Positions 12,449-25,557 are shown, counted from the stretch's first letter. The stretch: DNA of 64,000 nucleotides from Negaprion brevirostris (GCA_030324005.1 JARDVH010000042.1:51389522-51453521), one strand, 5' to 3'. The notes: generated from the letters alone by a model not told the origin. Made by a program: numbers and translations.

Positions 12449-13229
12449 TGTACTCTGAAGCTGTCCTCGAAGCATAACAGTATTGACATTAGTGACTGGG
12501 AGGAGCTTGTTACCAATCACTGAAAAGGGCAACAACTTGTACACAACATTTGTGCAATTAAATAAGGCTTAAGCTATCAAATTGTACATAAGCTTGGTGA
12601 TCAAAAGTCTTCATTTCAAGGCATTGTTGGAATGTTTAGAAGTCTTTTAAGTTGGCATCTCTAAGTGTAAAAATATTATAACGTAGCCTTAAGAAAGGAT
12701 ACGTGGAGTTGTAACTAGGACACATTGAGCTCCAGTGAGTCTAGCTTGAGCAGTAAACAGGAGGCAAGTTTGCAAAGCTGATTTGTTGGAAGAATGGTCT
12801 GAAGATGAGTTTCCGGTCAAAAGGGTTGCAAGGCAATGCTTAGATTGTTGTGGGGAAACCAGGAGTACATTGGTCAAAAATTGCAAGTTTGGTTAGAAGT
12901 TGTCAGTTATGTTGACATAGGTGCATATAGTTGGGCTAAACAGTGTGCAGTTATCTGCAAAAGTAGCATAAAAATAGGGATGCCTTTGCACCTGCCAGGG
13001 AATGACATTCATCTCAAGACACTTGCATTTCTCAAGAAAGTGAGAGGTTCATAGTAGGGCACTGCTTGGCATTTGCATGGGATTTTGCCAGTTGACAAGT
13101 ATTTATCACAGAGTTGAACTATCGTCATTAATACCTATAAAGTGACTAAAATAATTGTCACCGGAATCCACATCAGTATTAGAATCTGGTATCACAGGGT
13201 TAAAGGTAATTGCCTTAAACCAAAGCCGA

Positions 13230-13349
13230 TGGACGCGATCTTACCAGTCCTTCATGGCAGGCTCCCGCTGCAGCAAGGTCAGAGAATTTGGCACCCAGCT
13301 AAACCTCTGCTCACTGCAGCAGGAGTGAACGGCTGTAACATCCTAGCCT
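13230..13349. mobile_element. Short palindromic MITE (agaatttggcac core family)
   Basis: Shares core and inverted ends with copies near 19126, 34381, 36526, 39690 and 46193. Confidence 0.55.
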
Positions 13350-13695
13350 TTATTAGAGAACCGTCTTCAGAGAGAAAGAGAAAAAAAGATTTGCTTCAGT
13401 TGAAGTCTTAAAGCTGTCTGGGATTTGTTTGTGTGTTCAAGTTGCATTGATTAAGTCAAAAATCTCCAAGGACATTGTGAGTCAAGAAACCAAGTTCAAA
13501 AAAACTAAGAGAAAACGTCAAAAATTCCAGGAAACATTGAAAGACAGATTGACCAGGGGTAATGTGCCATGCCTTGACTAATGGAATGTTAAATATTAAT
13601 CTTTGTTGTCCAATCCAATGAACGTTGTTAGTTTGAAAACTTCAAAATTAGTTATTTTTTTGCTAATATGTATTTCCTAACAAGAATTTCCTTAC

Positions 13696-14460
13696 TCTGA
13701 GATTTATTATGGAGTTCAAACCCTACAGGGCTTGGACATCTGTGGACAAGAATTTCAGTTTGATCAATACAATTTATTTGCACGAATTCCTCAATTGCAT
13801 TGATATCAGAAAGCAACTGGATTGCACCCAAAGTCAGCATTTTAAATTTTAATCTTCCCTCCTTGGCATTCCAGATTGCCAAGAACACCGTGGGATGTTC
13901 CAAGCAGCCTGCATTGCTTTGGTGCAAACGCCAGCATGAATGTTGTATGGCACATTCTCAGAATTTGTTTATATTCAGAATACATCTGCTCCTATTAAGA
14001 TTGGCATTTTCCTAATTCCTGTCACCTCAGTCAGAAAATCCCAGAAGTGATGGCCCACGGAAAGCAGGTGAATGATTGATATTCCATCTTTGTGACGAAC
14101 ATATCATTAGAATATTCCAGCTATCGCTGCTTACTAGTCTGCTACGATAGTCAAGAAGACAATTTAGTTCTTGAAAATGCAATTTTAGAAATGTCTTTGT
14201 GTAGTGATGTACTTTTTTTCTATCCTGTGGTAGTATCTCTCCAACCCAAGGTATAATATTCCAATTTTTGTTTTGCAATAATATAGAATTTCCTTTGCTT
14301 CAATTAAAGAAATGGCTTAATTTTGCTGGAACTGTCCTTGCTAACTTTGCCTGGTGGCAATGCAGTCGGCCATGACAGATCCTGGCTTTAGACAACAAGT
14401 AATGATGTTGATTTTGACTTTAAGTCATTCCATGTGAGCACTTCAGCTTTTAGTGAGCAG
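13696..14460 (-). pseudogene. Exon remnant
   Basis: Donor AGA/gtaagg; frames AISLIEAKEILYYCKTKIGILYLGLERYYHRIEKK and HPTVFLAIWNAKEGRLKFKMLTLGAIQLLSDINAIEEFVQINC; acceptor uncertain. Confidence 0.6.
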
Positions 14461-15038
14461 CTAGTTAGCTATGGATTATTAAGGTAATACATTGATGTTT
14501 TACACAAACGGGAGAAAGAAGAGGAGAGAGCAAAGATGCACGAAACAGCATTTGATTTATCCCAATCCTTGCCAACACCTCCTTGCCCACAGACCAGTGG
14601 CGTTCTGGTCACTATAGATCACAACCTCAACCTTCAGTCCAGACTTACACGTAGAGAGAGAAATGCCTGGCATTGACCTGTGCTGAGCTAGCTGCCATTA
14701 ATGGGGCCTATAAAACAAACATGCTTCCTTATTCCGTTAACCTCTAAGATAACTGATTTTTCAGCAAACTGCTACCTGCCCATCAGTGACTCCAGTGATT
14801 AACACCTCCACCGCGCCTCAATAAAGACTGTGGTTTCACAACGAGCCCTGATGGGCTAAAAATCCAGTGAAAGGGATAAAACAATACTCAGCTGTCAGCG
14901 GCTTCACTCTATTCCCATCATTATTCCACTCGTCGCCTTGTGATTGAATTCAACATCGGACTCCATTTCCACTGAACAAATCACTTCAGCACCACACAAA
15001 ACCACTTCAAAGTTGTTAAACACTCCCCGTTAACTTAC

Positions 15039-15275
15039 AAGCTCTTGATGCATTTTTTTTAAAAAAGCAGTCTACTTCAGTTTGCCTCCACCTGTCTAGT
15101 GTACCACGAATATAAGCCCATGCATGCACAATTAGACTGAAGAGATGAGAATTTGGAGGGGAATAAATCCCAGTGGTACAACAATGCATTCACCAGAATA
15201 TAAAATCCTACACTTTGTAAATCGATAACTATAGAGAAAGAGGCACTCCTGGTGTCTCGTCTCCTTTTTGACCTT
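15039..15275 (-). pseudogene. Exon remnant
   Basis: Acceptor tgttcctgttgttcaccccag, donor CTT/gtaagt; VIDLQSVGFYILVNALLYHWDLFPSKFSSLQSNC. Confidence 0.65.
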
Positions 15276-15653
15276 CTGGGGTGAACAACAGGAACATTTA
15301 TGCATTGCATTCCAAAATAGAAAGGGATTATATTTCATTTCAAAAAGTGTTTTTAAACCAAAATAATCCTATAACCACCCAGCTGGCACAGGACAGTGAT
15401 AGGAAGGCACTCTGCTCTCCAAGTGGTGTTTTTATCAATCTCAGTTAAAATGATACTCCTTTCCGATGCGCATTGCACAGCCACAAAATGACGCGGCAAA
15501 ACTACTCGACAGTGAGCCTCACTGCACAATGATTCTGGTATATATTTGCTGAGCATCAAACTCTCAAATGTTACATGGAAAATAACTCTATTTTACAAAA
15601 TATAAACTGATCACATCAGGATGGCCATCAACTACTATGCATGTCAAACATAC

Positions 15654-15890
15654 TAGATGTAATGTTTATAAGTCAAATTATCCAATATGACTTGTTGATT
15701 CCCTCTTGTGTTTTCACCACTTCCTGACACAATCCTCTACGTAGAAGACTAGGCTCCATTCTCATACACATGTTCAAAACATTCATGATCCCATACACAG
15801 GCACAGCATCTCAGACCTTTGTTGCAGATTGCTACGTCCATGATGTTTGTCAACGCAATGATAAATGATTGATCTGTGCGTTATTGGAAA
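15654..15890 (-). pseudogene. Exon remnant
   Basis: Donor CTA/gtatgt; QSFIIALTNIMDVAICNK and DAVPVYGIMNVLNMCMRMEPSLLRRGLCQEVVK in two frames. Confidence 0.55.
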
Positions 15891-16473
15891 CTTAGGGAAT
15901 TTGATGCTCTAACTAGCTCCTTTGAGCACGAAAGGCATGAACATGATTCCCCAACTAGACAGCACTCTTCATTATCAAATATCACATTTTTATTGGTGTC
16001 TTATGTTAAGCAAAACATAAATTCATTAGGCGCAAAGTTAATATAAATCATCCTCTTGTAATGTGTGATGAGACAAACCATAGTGGACATAACTATGTGA
16101 AGACATCTTGCTGTCAAGAAAAAAATCCAACTCCATCTGACTCAGCTATAAACTACTCACTCAGCCCTCATCAGTTACTAGACAAATATCCAGCAGATGG
16201 AAAAGTTCACAGGAGTTACGCAGGGTCAAATGGACAACAGATTTGCCAATTGGTCTGTTAGTTAAAAGTCCAAAATAAAACTAAGCAGCCTTATGGAGTC
16301 TGATCCTCTGACAGAACTCGTAGCTTACCACTCTAACTAGTTTATCAATTCCCAGAGTTGGCTGTGAATCACAACAGCTTGCAGTTAATTAATAACCTTT
16401 TGTGTGAAACCTCTGTCAACACTTCTGTGAGTTGAGGTACACCACATCACAGATTTTACTGCAGTCTACAAAC

Positions 16474-17100
16474 CTTCAATATCTAATACATTATCCACGT
16501 TGTGGTACAATGCTTAAAATGCTTTTCAGGGGCACAATTTTGGTTTTAAAGCTCAAAATCTATCGGTATTATTTGATGTTTTTCATAAATCAACTGCACA
16601 ATACAAAGATTTCATGTAGTCACTGAAAGCTTAAGTGACAATGCAGCAATCAGCCATTGCTCATCATCACCAGCAGCAGAGCACAGATCTGTAGAATACC
16701 CTGAATTTGGCTTCCATATCTCTAAATCAAATACAAAATGATAAATTAGTCCCTGAAGAGTTTTAAATTGGACCTCCAGATGCTAAATATGTATTCATTT
16801 TCTACCATATGATTGTCTTAGCCTTCACAGAATCCTTAAATTACAATTTTTTGGTTACTATTTCCATTTTGCAGCAGTTCATACAGATATGGCTACCAGT
16901 GGGAAAAGTTTTTAATGTAGCAGTTAAAATTTGTCAAGCCCACATTGGAATAATCCGCAGACATGAGCTTCAAATAACATTTAACTTGTGGGAGAAAGTA
17001 CAGGAAACTTGTTATCAAAATATTACCAACAGAAGTCTGTTGTGGTTACAGCAGTGATACCAATCCAACCAAGGAGCAGTAAATGCCTCTGCTTCTTACA
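16474..17100 (-). pseudogene. Exon remnant (may be two exons)
   Basis: Acceptor ttgcttgttttatttag, donor AAG/gtttgt; GNILITSFLYFLPQVKCYLKLMSADYS...PYLYELLQNG and LQGLIYHFVFDLEIWKP...DDEQWLIAALSL. Confidence 0.6.
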
Positions 17101-17224
17101 CTAAATAAAACAAGCAATCCATTTTGAACCCGATGGGTCAAATTTTATCTAGGCAACATTAATAGTTTTGGGCAAAGAAATAGGCAAACTTTGGAAAGCA
17201 ACAATCCTGCATAGGTGTTAGAAC

Positions 17225-17390
17225 AATAGAAACAGAAAATGCTGGAAAATCTCAGCAGCTCTAACAGTCTCTATGGGGAGAGAACAGAGCCAATTGAGTC
17301 TAAATGACCCTCCGTCAGAGATGAAGAGTCATCTAGACTTGGAAACTCAGACCTGCTGAGATTTTCCAGCATTAGCGGTATTTTGCTTTT
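17225..17390. mobile_element. Penelope-type inverted terminus pair (palindrome)
   Basis: aatgctggaaaatctcagcag...ctgctgagattttccagcatt inverted arms with a decayed gatgaag...gaaac centre. Confidence 0.7.
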
Positions 17391-17654
17391 ATATAAGGAT
17401 CACACTAAGCCCGATGCAGTTGCTGCATGTTGAAAATAACAAGTTAATATGCAAACCGTTTAGTGCCATACCTTCACAAGCAGTTCCCATCTGCTTTCAC
17501 AAGCAAATCTCTTCACCACTGTGAAACCTTCGAATATTCAGTGCATTAACTTGTAATGCACTCAACTTGACTCCCCAACCTCAGCAACAATGGGAAGAAG
17601 GGAGGGAGTCCTCAAGTAGAGGCCAGTTCCTTGCTTCCTAAAATCAGTCAGCTG

Positions 17655-18050
17655 TGTCAGTATGGTTGGGTTGGGTAACACACTCACCGCTGCACCAGGA
17701 AGTTTTGGGTTCAAATCCCAGTCCAGGACTTAAGTATAAAAACATTAGGGTGACACTAATCCAGAACTGAGGGAGTGCTGCAGTTTTGGGGGTGCCATCT
17801 TTTGAATTGAGGTGTTAAACTGAGGACTTGCCTCCTTGGTCACAATTTTGATGGAACAGGGCAGTTTTTCTCACGTGCCTTGCCAATACTTATCGCACAA
17901 TCAACATCACAAACACACATCATCCAGTCATTATTACATTGCTGCTGGTGGGAAGTCTGAAAATTAGCTATTGTGTTTTGTGCCTTACAACAGTGACTAC
18001 AACTTCAAAAAAAAATGCTTAAAGTGCTTTGGAATGACCTGTGCTTATTC
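17655..18050 (+). mobile_element. Deu-domain SINE (SacSINE1/AmnSINE1-like)
   Basis: GAGGGAGTGCTGCA...GGTGCCATCTTT...TTAAACTGAGG...TCAACATCACA...ACAACAGTGACTAC matches the recalled DeuSINE body. Confidence 0.75.
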
Positions 18051-18204
18051 AAGGCACTATGCAGATCCAGAACGGCACAAAGGTCCACTTTATTGCTCAG
18101 CATCAAATCCAGTAATTCCAACAATGACTCCCTCCCATTGGGATCGAGAACAGAACTGGTCAAAGAAGTTCTCCTGAACACATTTCAGGAACTCCTTCCT
18201 CATA

Positions 18205-19310
18205 CAAAAACAAAATGCTGCAAAAGCTGGAAATTTGGAATGAAAACAAAAAAAAAAGCTGGAAAAAAAAACTCTGCAGGTCAAGCAGCATCTGTGGAGG
18301 GAAACAGATTTAATGGGTGAAATCTTCCAGTCCCCTCAGTAGCAGGAAATTTGGTTAGGTTCCCAACAGTGTGATGAACTAACTTCAGGAGTTCAGTTCT
18401 TGGGACATTAAAGGCTGGATGACCTTCCTGACTAACAATGGCAGGAAGCCCTTTTGCATGCATCAGCATGAGATACATGCTCATTAAAAGGCCAGCTCAC
18501 CAGAATTAAGCTCCCTTGTCAAAATTAAATCCCCTGTCAAATTGAGATCCTGCCAGCGAAAATTAGAACCTTTATTTTTACATCTGCATGAGTGTTGTAC
18601 ACCAGGTGAGTTTGACTTCTTCCGCGGTTAACAGTGAATTGCCACTTTATTGTCCTCTTTGGGGTGCACCAGTAAATGCCATCCTATGCTGAAGACCAGG
18701 TGGTGGCACTGCATGTTGTGTGGCAGTTGGCCAAGGAAGTGAAGGAGTGCTAGTGAGGAACGGTGGAGTAATGACTGGGCAAAGGTAGAAGGCATCTCCA
18801 CATCAAAGGTGGAATGGACAGTGCAGGCTGTCCAGCTGCCTTTTAAATATGGTGCCCAGATCTTCGACAGCACCACCCGCCCCCGAACCGCATAATAAGG
18901 AAACAGTCACTTCCTTCCATGAAAATCAGCAAGCTCTTCATGGATACATATTTAATAAGCTTAGCAACGCAAAATCGCACACGGTCAGCTATTTCACCTG
19001 AGCCGAAACCGCTCCCACTTCCACGTCCACTACCAAACATTGATTCCAGCCCAGAGAATTCCAGCCAACATTTCAGGTCGATGACATTTCAACAAACAAC
19101 GATAGGTCATTAATCTGAAATGTTTGCCAGAATTCTCTAATGTCCTATACCTCGCCATAGCTGTCAGCAAGAATGAAGAATTTGATACTCAGCCAAATCT
19201 CCGTTCACAGCAGCGGGACTCGAGAATCCCAGCCATTAACTCGGTTTCTTCCCACTGGTGCTGCCTGACCATCTGAGACTTTTCAACAGTTTTTTGGTAT
19301 GTTTTCAGAA
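18205..19310. mobile_element. Penelope-type palindrome interrupted by two TIR elements (about 18316-19066 and 19126-19236)
   Basis: Left arm 18205-18312, palindromic centre 19067-19125, right arm 19238-19310; inserts end in gagaattccagcc-type inverted termini. Confidence 0.6.
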
Positions 19311-20139
19311 ATTCCTCCTCTTGTTTACCTTTCACTCTAACACCATCCCAAATGGATAGTTAAATTCCCCCAGTACTACCACTCTACAGTTGTGATTTTC
19401 CCTGCAGATTTGCTCCACACACATTCGCTCACTATTTGGTGGTCTATTTGGAGATCTATAGAATATCCCCCATCCACCTGGATTTACTCTTTTTGCTTCT
19501 CAATTTTAACCAAATCTAACCATTTTGCTACCTCTAAGACATCCTCTCTTTCCAACACCAATTGCCTTTCCTCATCAGTACTACTATCCCACCTCCCTTT
19601 TTACCCTTGAATGCTTTGCATCCTTGAATAACACATACTACTATCTTCTCTAGTGAAATCCAAACCTCTCTCTCCTTTATGTATTTTATTCTTTTTTTTA
19701 ACTCCCATTTCTATGCCAATGTAGTATAAACCCTCCCTCAATCTCACTCTTGAACCTTGCCATGAGGACATTGGTCCTAATGCTTTTACACGCAACCCAT
19801 ATCTTTGCAATAGATCCCATTACGACAACAGTTTAAGTCATTCCTCCAACCACACATTGATCCTCCCTATCTTCCTATTTTCACTAATTCGTGCCGCTGG
19901 GAGTAACCTAGAATAAACTACTTTTGAGTAATTAAACTCAATTTTAAATTTCCTTCCTTGGTCCTGGAGATCTGACTGTAGGAGTTCTATACCTGCTCTT
20001 TCTCTCCTGTTGGTACCTATGTATAGGACTCAGTCCTTTCTCCAAGATGATTATTCGGCACTCTATGATATCCATTGCCTTGGCACCGGGGAAAACAGCA
20101 TACCATACTGTAAAACTAACAGTCAAAAAAGTAGTAAAA

Positions 20140-20385
20140 TTTATTTTAGTCACAAGTAAGGCTTACATTAACACTGCTATGAAGTTACTGTGGAATTTCC
20201 CTAGTTGCCACACTCTGGTGCCTGTTCAGGTCAATGCACCTAACCAGCATGTCTTTCAGAGCACCCAGAGGAAACCCATGCAGACCCAGGGAGAATGTGC
20301 AAACTCCACACAGACAGTGACCCAAGCCAGGAGTCGAACCCAGGTCTCTGGCACTGTGAGGCAGCAGTGCTCCCCTGTCTGTCCC
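20140..20385 (-). mobile_element. V-SINE, alternative tail
   Basis: Reverse complement of head, V-domain and tail. Confidence 0.9.
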
Positions 20386-20948
20386 CATGACAATGGAATT
20401 CCCTATAACGACTGCATTTCTACTCTTTGCTGTTCTCCTTGTATCTTCCCTTGCCCATTGTTGCCTGGATTAGGTTTTACCCCTTTAAGATGTTATTACT
20501 TCCAGCAGTCTTCAATGTTGGGTGCCTGATCGAAAACAGGATACATGCCTGAGACTTCCTCTCTTCTGGACGGTCACCCATCTACTACTACCCTGAACTC
20601 TCACTGCTGTGGCATGGCCATTTCCTGAAATGTACAATCCAGGAAACTCTCATCCCTGATTCTCGGCAGTAGACCATCTACCTGTCATATCTGTCGGGGA
20701 ATGATCTGTGCTTCAAGAGACATAGCAAACAAAAAGAAATGTGAGAAACAAGTCATCTCTCCTACTTCAAGAGGAATTTGCTGAAATGCTGGGGAGGATG
20801 AAGCATCAAGATTCTTTTTTCCTCTTAATTTTCTAAAAGGCTTTGTTTAAATCGGAAATGCTGGAAATGTGATGTCTGATTGGAATTGAGTTACCAAATT
20901 TTGCAGTGCAATGAAACGGAATAAATGCAAGTGGGTAAAGGCCTTAAC

Positions 20949-21160
20949 CTTCAACTATTGTATTATTTCGACTGTTAATTCAGCTCCCCGCACCAGCGAG
21001 CTCAGTAACTTCCCAAATCCTGCTCTCATCAGCAGCCACTGTTCAAACAAAACATTCAGCAGAATGCAGTAGCAAGAACTATCCATGATTTTAAAAGAAT
21101 AAGTACCAAAGACTCTCTCCAGCCACCAAAGTAAACAGATTGTGGAAATTGTCATCACTA
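20949..21160 (-). pseudogene. Exon remnant
   Basis: Acceptor ttttctttcatcaatcaag, donor AAG/gttaag; SDDNFHNLFTLVAGESLWYLFF*, then LNVLFEQWLLMRAGFGKLLSSLVRGAELTVEIIQ; phase 2 fits the upstream exon. Confidence 0.65.
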
Positions 21161-22036
21161 CTTGATTGATGAAAGAAAATATTCCGTAATCAATTGAAAG
21201 TAAATTAGGTAATTTAGCATGAAGTGTCATTTAAAAAAATTCCCTCTCAATCATAGGTAAATAGTTAAGAGGTTTGTGCTTCAAAGGAGGATGAATGTTT
21301 CCTCTGGGAATTTGCTTCCAATTCTTTGTCGCTTTGTTACAGAATCATAATAGACAATTATAAAGAAATACATGCAACAATTACAGTGTCAATTGGCTAT
21401 TTGTTAGGATACGATGCATTATAATTTATACAGTCACTGCTGAGGTGGAAATAGAGCAGCATACACAGCCTACAACTTCTACAGGGACAATGCTGAGATG
21501 TTTTAGATCAATTTAGTGTAAGCCAAAGTAAACATGAAGTTCAAACACTATCAGCTATCTCTGATTTCCCATATTCAGAGCTGGGCTTAGACAAACACCA
21601 ACCAAAAGGGCAAAGGTTTACTTTGGAAGAGCTAAGGAAAAGGGAAGAGGTTGCTCACTGTACATCACTATCAACTATGTTCCAAGTCGGAGGTGGTGAG
21701 GTGATATTAAGATCATAGGAAATCCAACCCCTGAATCTAATTCACATTTTACTGACCCCAAAATTTTTGGCACTAACTTAAAGGCAGCAAAACAAAAATA
21801 ACATACGAAAGAATGCAGATGGAGGTAAAACAACATTGGCTATTGGACTCCAGTAGTTTCCTACACAAAAAAAATACGAAAGTGTTATTCTACCAGAGCT
21901 TGAGGTAATTAGTTGAATCCTGGGTTCTACAGAATAGATCAATTATACTTCATGCAATGCCTGTAAAAGAACATTAAAGAGCATGACAATTGAAATATTT
22001 TGCAAGAAATAAGGCCAAAACCAAAATAAAAAGTTC

Positions 22037-22330
22037 TTAGAAACAGTGCAGACAAAGGCCATTTGGCCCATCAGTCCTGCACCGACAATCCCACACAAGC
22101 CCTATCCCTGTAATCCCATGTATTTACACTGCTAATCTCCCTGACACTAAGGGGCAATTGCAAATAGCCAATCAACCTAACCTGCATATCTTTGGACTGT
22201 GGGAGGAAATCCACGCAGACACAGGGAGAATGTACAACACCCCACACAGATAGTGACCTGACGCTGGAATTGAACCCAGGTCCCTGGTGCTGTGAGACAG
22301 CAGTGCTAACCATTGTGCCATTATGCCAGC
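22037..22330 (-). mobile_element. HE1 SINE, CR1-type tail
   Basis: Full head-to-tail match in reverse orientation. Confidence 0.9.
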
Positions 22331-22449
22331 CATTCTTCATTACACTTATTCATAAATATGACCAATTTTCATAATTTTTTTCAAGTAATTTAATAGAGCT
22401 CCCACACTATATGGAGTTGTATATTTCTTTCCAGTGCCATTTCCCTCAC

Positions 22450-23030
22450 CTCTTTAAATATGCAGAGTTTTCAATGCTGCCGGTTAGATTCTTCTGTGTC
22501 TGGCGTGGGTTGGTATTATTCTCAAGAATGATAGTTTAAGGACAACAACCGTATTGTAACATATCAAGAATCTCTTCGCAACAACTTGAAAATAGTTTTT
22601 AAAACTTTACCCATATTTCTCAAACAACTCTATCAATATTTTTAACATTCTAATGCAGTAGCATCATCACAAGGATTTCTGTACAGATACCTTTTGAAAG
22701 AGTTTGCCATATGTTACCAAAACTGTTTCCAACTCTGCAAAGAGATTATAATGGATTTTCCCTTCACAAATATTTTTCCAGTGTGTAAAATAATCCTAGT
22801 GATAAAGAATCAGGTGTAAAACATTTCCTTTGTAAATTCTTTTGGAGCCAATAACGCCCTTGACCACCTCCATACTATTTCTGATAACAATCCTGTTCTT
22901 ATTCATTCAACTGTGTAGTCATGAGAATACTTTTCTGACACGGCATAAACTGTGAATGGCACTGGAATATCCAAACCACTTATGTTCGTCTCCACTGAAT
23001 TTGAAATTAGATCCCAGAGATGTGGGATTC
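22450..23030 (-). pseudogene. Large exon remnant (581 nt)
   Basis: Acceptor ttttaattgtccttcag, donor GAG/gtgagg; IPHLWDLISNSVETNISGLDIPVPFTVYAVSEKYSHDYTVE*IRTGLLSEIVWRWSRALLAPK / DYFTHWKNICEGKIHYNLFAELETVLVTYGKLFQK / CCEEILDMLQYGCCP*TIILENN...SAYLK. Confidence 0.75.
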
Positions 23031-23104
23031 CTGAAGGACAATTAAAAGTGGCCAACAATTGGCTATCTTTTTAAAGCTATATAACTGTGTTCTTTTTTCT
23101 CCCC

Positions 23105-23370
23105 CAGCTCAGTTAACCCAATTGACTGCGCAGTTGGATCATGATGCAGTGTGTTGCCAACAACATGGGTTCAATTCCTATACAGGCACAGGCCACTCAA
23201 GGCCTTTCCCAATCTTACTCCTTGCCTGAGATTTTGGCACCCACCTGCACCGCTCCTCACCCCCCCCTCCCCCATGTTATGGGGTTGAGTTGACCACCCG
23301 ATTTTATGTGCCTCTATGGGAAACATGTCCTCCAGGGGCACATAAAATTCAGCCCAATGACTTTCACTTC
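23105..23370 (+). mobile_element. Decayed tRNA-derived SINE (third family)
   Basis: GATGCAGTGTGTTGCCAACAACATGGGTTCAATTCC B-box-like head. Confidence 0.45.
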
Positions 23371-24791
23371 CCTTACAATTCAGTGCAAATTTCAGCCACA
23401 CAGACTAGATATGGCTTTAGTGACATTCCTGATTTGTTGTAAATTAATTGAAGGGGGGAGTAGTGAGCTGGGCCTCTCGCTGCTAATTGTTATCTCTTGT
23501 AAAAATGCATAATCACTTGTGATGCTTCCCATGAAGACTAGCTTGTGAAAATCACCATCAGGGTGCAATCATGAACAAATCCCCACTAGGGAAAGACCTA
23601 ATGCTTTAATAGAGCTGAGACAAAGTCCCAGAGAATCAGCACACTTAGACACCCATCAACCCACATGGCTGTAGACAATCTGCTTCTGGAATGAGTAAGT
23701 TGTGAGCAACTCCTCTTTCTGGCACCGCCCCCTGTCCCCGCCACCACCCCCACACACACCCCCCCCAGGCCACCCACCTGTAACAAAGATTATGGACAGG
23801 GTTTTACAGCCTCACTTGTCCCGAAACTGTAAAATTCTGCCCAAGGTCAACGTACCTTTCCACGTTCTGCCTCTCACCTGCTCCAATTCCCGTGACAGGT
23901 GGGGCGGTAAAATTCCAAACTATGCATTACAGGCCTTTTAAAATCTCTCAGAATCTGCCAAAATCAGGGAATTTCCTGACTCAAACCACCACTCCAGTTA
24001 TTGAGGTTATTAGCTAGCTGCAGTTAAAACTATGTAAATTGTCTGACGGCTAGTGTTCAGATAAGCCCCAGGTCAGTTTTCCCAAAAGTTGATCTGAATA
24101 GTTGTACAAATTCAGGAAAGCAGGGATGACCGGCACCCTGACTTCACTCAACCCATTCTCTGCTGGTAACAATAAAGGTTTAATCTAGCAAGATTCTCTT
24201 TCCCTGGGCATTTTCCAGACAGTAAGAAGTCTCACAACACCACGTTTTTCACTTCTATTTTCCAGACCAACAGTTATGTTTAAAAAAGAGCCAATTTAAT
24301 TCAAACATAAAAGATAGGAGCAGGAGGTGGCCATTTGGCCTTTTAAGCCTGCTCTGCCATTCATCACGAATTCAATCAATTTAACCAGAGTAAATTTATT
24401 AACAACTAAAAAGACTAGGAGAAATGGTAAAATACACGTTCATACACTCATACGGATTAGAAGTAAGATTTGAGTCCAATAGTAAGGAAACATAAATAAA
24501 GAATTGCATGGAATGGTCTGTCACTTGCAAGGACCAGGTGATGACACGTTGTAGACGATACAAGTTGATTCCAGGTTCAGATATTCTGTAGTTCAGTAGG
24601 GAGATTTCAGTTCCCCCCACCACCCCCCTCCACAACAATCCTTCTGTTGGTTGATCAATTTTCACACTCAGAGCGTCAGTTTTATATGTCCCTGCAAAAG
24701 CTGGTAATTTTTCAGGGGCCTTGCCTTGGTTCCTGCATCATCTTCAATGTGTGGCAAACTTCCAGTTGTTTTTCCATACACAGATGACAGA

Positions 24792-25155
24792 CAGATGATG
24801 GCCTAGTGGAATTATCACTAGACTATTAATCCAGGAACTCAGCTAATGCTCTGGGAACCTGGGTTCGAATCTCACCACGGAAAGTGGTAGAATTTGAATT
24901 CAATAAAAAAAATCTGAAATTAAGAAGCTACTAATGACCATGAAACAATTGCTGATTACCAGAAAAACCCACCTAACTTACTCATGTCCTTTAGGGGAGG
25001 AAATCTGCTGTCCTTATCTGGTCTGGCCTTTCTGCGAGTCCAGAGCCACAGCAAGTTGGTTTGACTCTCAACTGCCCTCTGGACAAGGGCAACTAGGGAC
25101 GGGCAATAAATTCTGGCCAGCCAGCACCACACGTCCCAAGAATGAACAAAATAAA
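24792..25155 (+). mobile_element. tRNA-derived SINE family B, near full length
   Basis: GGCCTAGTGG...GGGTTCGAATC head, GACCATGAAAC...GGAAATCTGC body, GGGCAACTAGGGACGGGCAATAAA tail; related pieces at 2806-3400 and 47140-47278. Confidence 0.8.
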
Positions 25156-25262
25156 TATTTTCTTTGTTTTTCCTTTGTTGTAGACAAATCTTTCAGCTAG
25201 CATTTAATCCCCATTTTTGTGTATTTAAACTGGAGTCCACTAGCCAATATAAACAATTGTAC

Positions 25263-25557
25263 CCATGATCTCAGGATGAAATAAGATAGATGAAATAAGT
25301 TATGTTCCTTCGTCTTTGCCAGAGATGATCATCAGTCTTCGGGTTCTTTTAGAATTACTTTGCTTGGAGCCGCAGATAGGTTCCATTGTTCCTTAAGAAC
25401 CTTGCAGTTATTCCTTGTACATTCTCGGCAACCTTTGAGATCTGTGTACTTTTTGAAAGTATACTCAGGTCTTTTAAAAAGTGCAATTTTTCCAGTGTAT
25501 AATTCCAGGGTTTCTTTTTCCATCACAACACTGGTAAGATACCCAGGGTTAGACAAG
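25263..25557 (-). pseudogene. Exon remnant
   Basis: Acceptor ttgtgcttgtaactccag, donor TGG/gtacaa; PWNYTLEKLHFLKDLSILSKSTQISKVAENVQGITARFLRNNGTYLRLQAK...DDHLWQRRRNITYFI / LFHPEIM(G) joins the next exon in phase 1. Confidence 0.65.

Noticed and set aside
15039-15053. MHQEL micro first exon of a live gene
   Set aside because: The donor is better explained as the 3' end of the 15275-15039 fossil exon
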